Below are positions 7,691-15,976 of a DNA stretch of 18,958 bases, piece after piece. This DNA comes from Candidatus Jordarchaeia archaeon (GTDB lineage Archaea; Asgardarchaeota; Jordiarchaeia; Jordiarchaeales; Jordiarchaeaceae). Position 1 is the first letter of the stretch. Every line of letters begins with the position of its first letter. The position numbers and the translations under genes are program-made. The stretch covers positions 1 through 18,958 of the forward strand of contig JAHQXB010000025.1 in NCBI GenBank assembly GCA_029856435.1. The letters are read 5' to 3'. The notes below the pieces were generated by a model. That model searched no databases. It had not been told where the DNA came from and saw nothing but the letters and a program-made list of their open reading frames with translations.

Positions 7691-9451
7691 GTGAATTTCA
7701 AGATGGAAGAAATAATAAAAACAGCTCTGGGTGAGATAAAAGCAGATCTAGTAATAAAGAATACAAGCATAATTAATGTTTGCACCGGCGAAATTGAACA
7801 GGGAGACATCGCAATTAAAAATAATAAAATCGCATTGGTAGGTGACGCCTCCCACACAGTAGGTGCAAAGACAAGAGTAATAGAGGGAAGAGATAAATTT
7901 GCCTCACCAGGATTTTTTGACGCACATATACATGTTGAATCCAGCGAGATTACAATAACGGAATTTACTAAAGTTTGTATTCCACACGGCACGACCTCGA
8001 TAATTTGGGACCCACACGAAATAGCAAATGTACGGGGAGTCAATGGAATAAAAGAGATTTTAGAAGAGTCAAAAAGGCTCCCACTTAACGTTTTTGTTAT
8101 GATACCAAGCTGTGTTCCTGCAACCTCACCAAAACTTGGAACCTCTGGTGCCACAATCAGTGTTAAGGATATCTTGGAACTTTCAAACTTAGAGGGAATA
8201 ATGGGCCTGGGAGAAGTGATGAACTATCCAGGCGTCCTAAACTGTGATGTGGGTGTTCTAGCTAAAATAAAAGCTGCAAAAAAATTTAGATCAATAGACG
8301 GTCATGCCCCGGGTCTAAGGGCTGAAAAACTCTGCGCCTATTTCTCAACCGGAATTCGCTCAGACCATGAATCTGTCTCTGGTGAGGAAGGATTAGAGAA
8401 GTTGAGGAGAGGAGTGTACCTCGCAATAAGGGAGGGAACAGCATCTAAAAATTTAGCCAGCCTGATTAGGCCAATTATTGAAATGAAGCTAGAAACGAGA
8501 CACTGCCTACTGGCAACAGATGATATAAGTCCAGAGGACTTAAAGAACCGGGGAGAGGTTGATTACCTTATCAGGAGATGTATCGAGGAGGGGTTGGATC
8601 CAATGAAGGCCTACCAGATGGCTACCCTTAACCCTGCCTGTTATCTAGGAGTAGATCACATGTTTGGAAGTATAACTCCGGGAAAAAACGCAGACATAGT
8701 TTTACTCAAAGACTTGGAAAAAGTGAAGGTAACCACTACGATTGTTTCGGGAATCCCAGTTGTGTCTGATGGAAAATTAGAGGTTAGTATTCCTCAGTAT
8801 GAGTATTCTAGGGAAACGAAGAGAAGTGTTAACGTCGGAAGAATTCCAGAGCCAGAAAAGTTCCAAGTCAAAGCCCACACAAAAGATACTCAGGAAGTTA
8901 AGGTAATAGGAGCGTCGGAGGGAACCCTCTTTACAAGCTTGGAAATCGAGAAGCTAAAGGTTGAAGGAGGATTGGTCATACCCGACCCTAAAAAGGATGT
9001 ATTGCAGGTAGCGGTGGTTGAAAGACACCACGCCTCAGGAGATATTGGTAAGGGATTCGTAAAGGGATTTGGTTTAAAAGAGGGAAGTATCGCTTCCACA
9101 GTTGCTCACGACTCGCATAACATTGTTGTGGTTGGAACAAATTGGGAGGATATGGCTAAAGCGGTTTTAGAAATAGTAGAAATGCAAGGAGGTATGGTGG
9201 CGGTAAAAAGGGGAGAATGTGTTGCCCGCTTAACACTAAACTTTGCGGGTCTTATGAGCACAGCCCCCATAGAAGAAGTTATCCAGGGAGCAGAGAAACT
9301 CAAAAAGACAGTAAAAGCAATGGGCTGCAAGCTGGAAGCCCCATTTATGACCCTATCCTTCCTGTCGTTACCAGTCATTCCGGAACTAAAGATTACGGAA
9401 AAAGGACTGATAGATGTTATTAATCAGGAGATAACAAGTGTACTGGTTTAA
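7691..9451 (+). CDS. ade: Adenine deaminase (AdeC/Ade, amidohydrolase superfamily); true start probably ATG at 7703
   Basis: DAHIHVESS, WDPHEIANV, GEVMNYPGV, DGHAP, SDHE, IREG, ATDD and AHDSHN motifs; AGGTGA RBS precedes ATG 7703. Confidence 0.95.
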   Translation: MNFKMEEIIKTALGEIKADLVIKNTSIINVCTGEIEQGDIAIKNNKIALVGDASHTVGAKTRVIEGRDKFASPGFFDAHIHVESSEITITEFTKVCIPHGTTSIIWDPHEIANVRGVNGIKEILEESKRLPLNVFVMIPSCVPATSPKLGTSGATISVKDILELSNLEGIMGLGEVMNYPGVLNCDVGVLAKIKAAKKFRSIDGHAPGLRAEKLCAYFSTGIRSDHESVSGEEGLEKLRRGVYLAIREGTASKNLASLIRPIIEMKLETRHCLLATDDISPEDLKNRGEVDYLIRRCIEEGLDPMKAYQMATLNPACYLGVDHMFGSITPGKNADIVLLKDLEKVKVTTTIVSGIPVVSDGKLEVSIPQYEYSRETKRSVNVGRIPEPEKFQVKAHTKDTQEVKVIGASEGTLFTSLEIEKLKVEGGLVIPDPKKDVLQVAVVERHHASGDIGKGFVKGFGLKEGSIASTVAHDSHNIVVVGTNWEDMAKAVLEIVEMQGGMVAVKRGECVARLTLNFAGLMSTAPIEEVIQGAEKLKKTVKAMGCKLEAPFMTLSFLSLPVIPELKITEKGLIDVINQEITSVLV

Positions 9452-9456
9452 CCTTT

Positions 9457-10266
9457 TTAGGAGTAGTTATATTGCGTCTGAGACTTGTAGATTTCTTCCA
9501 TCCATCTGTTCAAAAGGTTAGGATCAAAACTACTCTTATTTCTAGTACTTGTGAACTCGACTTGGTAGAACTGAGATTCTCCAAAAAATTCTGCTATGCT
9601 TTTCTTTATGAAGGAGGATACCTTATTTGTTTCTTCTCTTAACTGTACATCTTCACAAAATTGCAGGGCAATAATAGTTATTCTAATGCTTCCCTCCCCA
9701 CCTGCACTAACCCGAGCAGAATATCTAGCATCTTCGGTGATCCATTCCAGTACGGACATATCTTCTCCTAGGGAGCTCCCCACATAGCGGTAATGAGAAA
9801 ACCATTTTCCCTTAAGTTTTTTTGCGAGTATTTTGTGGTTTATTCTTCTGGGATTAACTCTTATTTCGACCTCGCAAGAAGGAAAATCACTATGCACTGA
9901 ATCAAGAGTATACCTAGCTTTATTATCACCATTACCAAACAAATTTGATATCAGGATTTTTCCATATTTGGTTAAAAAGTATTCTTTATCCTCGTTCTTA
10001 GCTATTATTCCCCTCCTGACCAGCCTTCTTAGAGCTATGGCAAGCCTCTGCTGGTGGATATCCAATCTTCTCTTTATTCCCTGAAAACCAAAAGAGAACC
10101 CTCTGGATTTTGCGTCTTCATTATTGAAAAGTAATAAGACCTCCATTTCGGGAAAGCTCAAAACGGGAGCATTAGATACAAAGGCATTTAGTGGTAGTAG
10201 ATAATCCTTATCAAGGTAAACATTTTGGCTATTTTTAATTAAAGCATTTTGAAGGTCTTCCTGCAA
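9457..10266 (-). CDS. Hypothetical protein with a winged-helix-like DNA-binding segment
   Basis: TTG start with AGGAGGAG RBS; FSFGFQGIKRRLDIHQQRLAIALRRLVRRGII...EYFLT resembles a wHTH recognition helix plus wing; C-terminal half unassigned. Confidence 0.75.
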   Translation of the reverse strand: MQEDLQNALIKNSQNVYLDKDYLLPLNAFVSNAPVLSFPEMEVLLLFNNEDAKSRGFSFGFQGIKRRLDIHQQRLAIALRRLVRRGIIAKNEDKEYFLTKYGKILISNLFGNGDNKARYTLDSVHSDFPSCEVEIRVNPRRINHKILAKKLKGKWFSHYRYVGSSLGEDMSVLEWITEDARYSARVSAGGEGSIRITIIALQFCEDVQLREETNKVSSFIKKSIAEFFGESQFYQVEFTSTRNKSSFDPNLLNRWMEEIYKSQTQYNYS

Positions 10267-10480
10267 TACAGACTCCTCCTAAAACTAGGAAAATGAACGC
10301 AGATTCCTTCCTTACAAATCATACCAAGCGAACAACATAAGTACTAACTTAAATTTCTTTCCAATAAGGAAAGCGACGACACTAATTCACTTAGTTCTAG
10401 CCCCACAATACAAGTTTCTAAATTGGAAAAAGAGGCTTTGAAAACTCCTTTTTCGGATGCTAAACAGAATGAAAATACAT

Positions 10481-10873
10481 CCGTTCTGACCCAGCGTTAA
10501 CCTTGCGTAACTTGTCTTCCTCCCTCAAGTTTCATGGGGAGGCCTCCTCCCGGAGAACGGTTGAAGCAGGCACATCTCTCTTGCTTTCGGTGGGGGGAGA
10601 CGGGCACTGTTAACTGAGTGGCGCCTATCATACGCTATACATTTTTCGGCTCAAACACCCTTCTCCTGAGCGTATCTGTGCGTTTTTCACCCTAGGGACA
10701 ACTGCGAGCATGCTCCCATAGGTGGCTTTGAACACTCTCCGAACGTGCACACAATAGGTAACACCTAAGTTAATTGTGTCGGGGGATGTTCCCAATTATG
10801 GCTCTACCCTCCTAGGCTTTTTCGAACTTCAACTCCGCATTCTGGGCTTGTCGGCTGCACGGCACATGCATGT
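10481..10873 (+). ncRNA. Candidate structured non-coding RNA of unrecognised family
   Basis: About 52% GC (hand count 10501-10860) versus 25% at 10921-10980; no ORF of 60 aa or more; multiple nested helices, with G-U pairs mostly favouring the + strand. Confidence 0.5.
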
Positions 10874-11177
10874 ATGGTTGTTTTTGAGGAATGATGGATT
10901 TAATGGTTTTTCTTTAACGTTAACAGTTGGAAGTTTCTAAAGTTAACAAACTTTATTCTAAATAGAACCAGTTTTAACATCCCATGGAGAAAAATGCATA
11001 ATAACTCAATTGGTAGATAAAATTGATATATAGATAGATTATTTGTATAGACCAACGAAGTTTCTAAAAAACTACACAAGTCATAGTTCTTAAAGACAAA
11101 TTATGAGATTATTTCTCATAGAAAACGTCATCCGAACTAAGAGGGTATGTTAAGTCAAAACCTTTTAGAGTTTTAAG

Positions 11178-12179
11178 GTGTCTAAATTGGCAAAGAAAAC
11201 TAAAGTTTGTCCAAGGTGCCAAGCCAAATATCCTCTAACTGATTTTGAATTTTGTAGGTATTGCGGAGCCAAACTTGAAGATATAGCGGACTCAGGTAAT
11301 TCCTTGGATATAGGTGAAACTGGTAAAGTAAAGCATAGGACACTTGCCTCGTGGGGCTGGATTCCAGCAGTATTGGGATACACAGCTTCATTTATTCTAC
11401 TTTTTCTTTTTCAAAACATCCTGTCCATTATAGGAGCGTTCTTAGGCCTCCCCTTTATGTTCATACCGCTATTTGATTCATGGGTTACAACACTGACCCC
11501 AGAGTTTCTTGTTTTCATCACTTTGGGCCAGCTCGGCCTAGTAGTAATTCCTCTTCTATACCTAAAGATAAGAAATTTACCTCTGAAAGAATTGGGATTT
11601 GACTTTAAGAATAAAAAAGAGGTTCAAAACGACATCATAATAGGTACTCTAGGTGGGGGGATAATGATGGGAATCTCTTTATTTGTATCTTGGGCATCAA
11701 CCCACACACTTGCGGCACTGTACTCCCCCTTAGACACTTATATGTCAGAAATATTTTCAAACATCAATAACGCATCTTTTATGGCAGTCCACCTTTACCA
11801 ATACGTACTGCTGGTTCTAAGCATGTTTCTTTTAGTCGCCCCCAGCGAAGAAATATCAACTCGAGCCTTCCTACAACAAGGACTGGAAAATAGTTTTGGA
11901 AGATGGATTGGCCTCATCACCACTGCAATAATATTTTCAACCCTACACATATTGCTCTACCCTCAAACTGCAACTGCAATAGGATTCCCAAGCTATATCG
12001 GCTCCATATCAGCCATAATAGCCATACCTTCTTATTTCGCCCTCTCCTTAACACTAGGCTTCCTACTCCAGATAAGGAAATATAGAATAATCACTACAAT
12101 AACAGCCCACGCGGTCTACATGGCAATACTAGTATCAATATACTATTTCCAAAACTACTGGATTTACCTTTACATCTAA
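11178..12179 (+). CDS. CPBP (Abi/CAAX-type) intramembrane metalloprotease with N-terminal Zn ribbon
   Basis: CPRCQ...CRYCG at the N-terminus; SEEISTR (EExxxR), FSTLH (FxxxH) and HAVYM motifs; multiple TM helices. Confidence 0.88.
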   Translation: MSKLAKKTKVCPRCQAKYPLTDFEFCRYCGAKLEDIADSGNSLDIGETGKVKHRTLASWGWIPAVLGYTASFILLFLFQNILSIIGAFLGLPFMFIPLFDSWVTTLTPEFLVFITLGQLGLVVIPLLYLKIRNLPLKELGFDFKNKKEVQNDIIIGTLGGGIMMGISLFVSWASTHTLAALYSPLDTYMSEIFSNINNASFMAVHLYQYVLLVLSMFLLVAPSEEISTRAFLQQGLENSFGRWIGLITTAIIFSTLHILLYPQTATAIGFPSYIGSISAIIAIPSYFALSLTLGFLLQIRKYRIITTITAHAVYMAILVSIYYFQNYWIYLYI

Positions 12180-12397
12180 AACCATAACACCAACCAAAAA
12201 AGGGAATCGCCATTATTCCACACCAGAGAAAAACGCTACCCCCCCAACGAAAAATATAAAACAAAACTACCCCAATATTATCATAGAACAAGTTGGGAAA
12301 GCCGAAGAATTTTTAAAAAAGATTACACATATCTTAATGATAAGGACTAAAAACATAAATTAAAATAGAAATATAACAAATAAAGAAGGGTTAAAAC

Positions 12398-13066
12398 TTG
12401 GGCAAGAAAGAAGAGAAACTATTACGATTCGTCTCAAAGGCATGTTCCTCCCTAATCAGCACCTCCAACAAGTATATCGAATCACTCAAAAAAGCACAAG
12501 AAGCCTACACCAAACAGATAGAAAAACTCCAAAAAGAACTCGAAAAAGCCGCGAAAGGAATGGAAATCGAACTCACAGCAGTAGACTTATCCATACCCAC
12601 AGCCACAGCAGAAGTTGCGGAGGAACCAATAATAACCACAACAAGTACACTAGAAACATTCGCCAGCAAAACCGCACCAGACGACGTATTTGATATGTTC
12701 TCAAAGTCTGGACCTCCAGCTGCAACAGTTACCAGTGCTCCACCAAGTGCTGGTGCCCCACCAAGAGTGGGTGCCCCACCAAGTGCTGGTGCCCCACCAA
12801 GAGTGGGTGCCCCACCAAGTGCTGGTGCCCCACCAAGAGTGGGTGCCCCACCAAGTGCTGGTGCCCCACCAAGTGCTGGTGCCCCACCAAGAGTGGGTGC
12901 CCCACCAAGTGCTGGTGCCCCACCAAGTGCTGGTGTGCCGAGTGTTTCTGTTTCTCCTCCTGTAGGGGCTGCCACAGTTCAGGATGCTGCCTCTATTACT
13001 GATCTTAGGAATGCTATGATGACTGAGCTTAGTAGACTGAAGAAGCTGTTTGCTGCAGAGGAATAA
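12398..13066 (+). CDS. Hypothetical protein: N-terminal coiled coil, PP(SA/RV)GA repeat tract, C-terminal helix
   Basis: 222-aa ORF; YIESLKKAQEAYTKQIEKLQKELEKAAK coiled coil; 11 hexapeptide repeats; ends DLRNAMMTELSRLKKLFAAEE. Confidence 0.85.
   Translation: MGKKEEKLLRFVSKACSSLISTSNKYIESLKKAQEAYTKQIEKLQKELEKAAKGMEIELTAVDLSIPTATAEVAEEPIITTTSTLETFASKTAPDDVFDMFSKSGPPAATVTSAPPSAGAPPRVGAPPSAGAPPRVGAPPSAGAPPRVGAPPSAGAPPSAGAPPRVGAPPSAGAPPSAGVPSVSVSPPVGAATVQDAASITDLRNAMMTELSRLKKLFAAEE
12740..12937 (+). repeat. In-frame tandem repeat, 11 x 18 bp
   Basis: Units A = CCACCAAGTGCTGGTGCC (PPSAGA) and B = CCACCAAGAGTGGGTGCC (PPRVGA) in the order ABABABAABAA; the last unit ends GTG. Confidence 0.97.
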
Positions 13067-13228
13067 TTAGGTAATGTTGAGGGGAGAGAATTTATTTTGT
13101 GAGTCTCCCTTCGTTATATGTCTTGGTAACTTTGTTCTTTGAGGGTTATTTTACTATCTCAATATGTTTTCTGGTTAGAGGATAGAGGTTCTGACAATAC
13201 GTTTTTAGCCGAATCATAGGGTATTTCA

Positions 13229-13242
13229 TATCGTATACGATA
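13229..13242. other. Perfect 14-bp palindrome TATCGTATACGATA
   Basis: Read directly in the intergenic region; function unknown. Confidence 0.5.
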
Positions 13243-13360
13243 GTATTGGCGTGTAGCGGTTTTCGGTTAATTGCTTCTACAAGCTTTTCTGGTTGGAAGA
13301 ACCTTTATTGCTTTGTTTTTTCCTTTTTCGGTTGCTTAGAGTTTCTTTGATTTATCGCAT

Positions 13361-13550
13361 CTCCGGGCGATGGATTCGCAAAATCTCGTGTTTTTGGGGC
13401 CTTTTTTGGCGCTTCTCAAAACTGTTTCTCACCACTTAAGGGGTGGAAATATTAAAAATTGAGGAAGAACACCGATAAAACCATAAATTATCAGGGAACA
13501 TGGCGGCAAAAAAAACCATAGCAAAGATCCTGCGAATCTATCGCCCGGGG
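13361..13550. repeat. Dispersed hairpin repeat, copy C (inverted relative to A and B), with 26-bp inverted arms
   Basis: Arms 13361-13386 / 13525-13550 pair at 22 of 26 positions, and all four differences are transitions. Internal TTTTGGCG..TTCTCAAAAC.GTTT matches the reverse complement of copy A. Confidence 0.7.
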
Positions 13551-13802
13551 AAGGCGGCTTTTCGCATCATTTAAAGGTAAGTGAGGGAGCATCTTGAGGG
13601 AGAGTGTGTTGGTTGTTGTAAGTTTGAGTTAGAGGATTATTACCAAAGAGGGGTAATATTTGATTTCTTAATTAGTTTTTGTTAAAAGGTATTATTTTTG
13701 TTTATTTTTTGAAGGTTTTACGTTTAGAAAATTAATAAATAGGGGTATTATTTGGGGACTTGTAAAGTTTTGAGGGGAATAGTTGTGCTAGGCTTATTTA
13801 TC

Positions 13803-14057
13803 TTATCTGTATTTTAACTCGTATAATTCGCTGCTGTTTGGTATGTAGAAGGAATCGTTGAAAAAGATCACAGGTTTTCGGAATAGAACTGCTAGTTTCA
13901 AAAATGGCGATATTTGTTCGTCTCCCTTAAATACAATTTTTGCGGAGATAGCTCCACCTTCCTTAAAATCTGCGGGAACTATTATTGGTACACGCTCTTC
14001 CTTTGCTTTGATTTTTACTTTTTCAGCGAATACTTTTTTCTCATCCTCTTTTGGCAT
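13803..14057 (-). CDS. Hypothetical protein, 84 aa
   Basis: Strong AGGAGG RBS before ATG; plausible alpha/beta composition; no recognised motif. Confidence 0.7.
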   Translation of the reverse strand: MPKEDEKKVFAEKVKIKAKEERVPIIVPADFKEGGAISAKIVFKGDEQISPFLKLAVLFRKPVIFFNDSFYIPNSSELYELKYR

Positions 14058-14224
14058 TAATTTTTCCTCCTGTAAGATTGAACTTTATTGTAATGAGATA
14101 TCATATTTTTATTACACAGATTAATGATTTTTTCGGATTTTCCATCTTTTTGATTAATATTTGGGAATAAGGTTATAATAACTTTTTTTATTTGACAACG
14201 ACGAACCCTAGTTATAACTGTTGA

Positions 14225-14495
14225 TTAACCCATTTTTCGAGAGGTTGAGAAACCTTTGTAAGAGTGGCAAAGCATCCTATCATCATAATTCTTTTTGAGA
14301 GTTTCTTATATTAGGCCAGTGAAACCACAACGAAAATCGGCGAACATATTAATGGAAGAACAATTGTCCAAATAGCTTCGAAGAATCCGCAAAATATGGA
14401 TTTTATAAACAATGTTTAATGAAGGCTTATGTTCCTATTTAAAATCAAGATGGTACTCTTTTCGGAAGGTGTGTCTGAATCAGTTTTTAAATTTT
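14225..14495. repeat. Dispersed hairpin repeat, copy B (decayed)
   Basis: Shares TTAACCCATTTTTCG, AAATAGCTTCG..GAATC.GC.AAATAT and a terminal GT.TCTGA block with copy A at near-identical spacing. Confidence 0.65.
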
Positions 14496-15813
14496 AAAAT
14501 ATGTGTCTAGGCTTTTTTGTTGTGTTTGCTTTGGAGTCTTTACTTCGCTCTTCTCTTCTTCTAAAATTATTTTTCCATAAACTCCATCAAAGCCGGGGCT
14601 AATCTTTATTTTTTCTTCTCGATTTCTGATTACTAGTTCAGCAATTTTTTCGTTAACCACTCCTGCTATATCTTCTTTAGGAACATTGAGCAGTATATTG
14701 TACTCATTATTGAATGAATGCACAAGTTTGTAGTATGTGTCCCAAATCTGTTTGGCGTAAAGGTTCTCAATTCCTAGGGCAACGGAAATTAGCTCGGATA
14801 AGGGTATTAATTTTTTATAGGGAATAAAATTTTTAGGAATATAGTTTTCTTCTCTATCTGCTAATTCGTCTACCCTGTGTTGTACCCCGATGGTCAGCTT
14901 TTTCCTACATATCGGGCAGATGTTACCTATCTTCTTTGCCTCTTTAGGGGACATACAAACCTCCTCACTTGAGGAGTGTTTATCTGCCCTATGACCATCG
15001 AAGTGGTATTTTACGGCTAACTGCGGGTCGAAGTTAGTTTCCGTATGCGGGGTCAACTTCAATGGTCATAAGGATTTTTTTCTTATTTTTTGTTTTTATG
15101 GCATCTAACAATTCGGTGTAGGATGGTTTTTCTAGTTCGTAAAGGTTTGCCTCCCTTCCGAGCCTCCAATTAAATGGGCTGTGGGAATCGCTGTTGCTCA
15201 TTAAGACGTATCTGTCCAGTTTGCTAAGTCTCCAGTTCATAGCTGGATCAGAAGATAGACCGGTTTCAACAGAATGTATATGTTTGACTTGGTCTTCGTA
15301 ACACTCTTCTAGGCTGTCGAAACCGTTTTCTCCTAATGCTCCAAACCAGCTGGTCCACAGGTGTGCGGGAACAATAAGTATTCGTTCGTCGATAGATATG
15401 AGATTCTCGACTAGTTCGGCGGGAGTGATACTTAGAACTGGTCTTCCATCAACCTCCAGATTTCCATAGTTCGCTAGGAATTCGTTTATTCGATCTACCA
15501 CTTCGAAATTGGGAGCGAATAAAATGTGATGAATCTTCTTGAAAGTATTTTTGTAATTGAAGACGGTTGACACCTCAGTAGAAAGAATAAAGAATACGTC
15601 ATTTTCGTCTTTAACCCTAAAAAAGCCCGAGTCCTCAATCTCTACCAGTTTGCTTTTTAACTCCGACAGCCATTTTGGATGAGAAAAGTCCCCTGAACCC
15701 AGAAGCTTTAAACCTTTAAGTTTAGCATGCCTTACCAAATTTTCAATATCCATTTTGTCACTAGTAGCCCTACTATATTTACTATGTATGTGTAGGTCAG
15801 AAAAAAACTGCAT
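14487..15813 (-). CDS. Endonuclease Q family (PHP-domain) nuclease, two exons: 15813-15039 and 15010-14487; 432 aa after splicing
   Basis: DLHIHSKYSRATS, GSGDFSHP, STEVS, PAHLWT, ETGLSSD, SNSDSHS and CPICRKKLTIGVQHRV motifs. Removing 28 nt joins ...EVDPAYG-K-YHFDGHR..., giving 1299 nt (433 codons including the stop). Confidence 0.88.
15011..15038 (-). other. 28-nt bulge-helix-bulge (BHB) intron in a protein-coding gene
   Basis: Minus strand: AT-ACGG-AAA-CTAACT-(9-nt loop)-AGTTAG-CCGT-AAA-AT. This gives a 4-bp central helix, two 3-nt bulges and flanking helices; it contains an in-frame TAA and a frameshift. Confidence 0.85.
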
Positions 15814-15976
15814 AAAACTCCTCCGTACTTGCCATAAGAGTATTATCTAAATCTTCACTATTAATGTATCTGTTTTCTTAAAAGGGTTTATCTTACAACT
15901 CTAAAAATGCATAGAAAAGGTAGGAGTATATTTCAATAGAAATAATAAAGTATTGCAGTGTGGAAGTACTGCCCTT

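Noticed and set aside
10640-10720. RNase P, SRP or U3-like words (GGGAGCA, TTCTCCTGAGCGT)
   Set aside because: The full conserved cores are not present on either strand.
10731-10816. Resemblance of the ncRNA candidate to Moco/Tuco riboswitch or HEARO/omega-RNA fragments
   Set aside because: Only short words match (CTCCGA, CCTAAG, TATGG; ATAGG..CACC..GGATG..GCTCT). Other conserved blocks and a cognate downstream gene are missing.
12505-12975. ORFs 12505-12975 (-), 12690-12965 (+), 12729-12926 (-) and 12442-12693 (+)
   Set aside because: Shadow frames of the real 12398-13066 gene; the three that span the 18-bp repeat stay open because it has no stop codons.
14316-14325. CCAGTGAAAC as a possible ORB box
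   Set aside because: One base short of the TCCAGTGGAAAC core, no G-string, single copy, and inside repeat copy B.
14487-15813. Reading the EndoQ locus as two genes or as a pseudogene
   Set aside because: The break is an exact BHB whose canonical cut sites restore the frame and the GKYH motif, and there are no other lesions.
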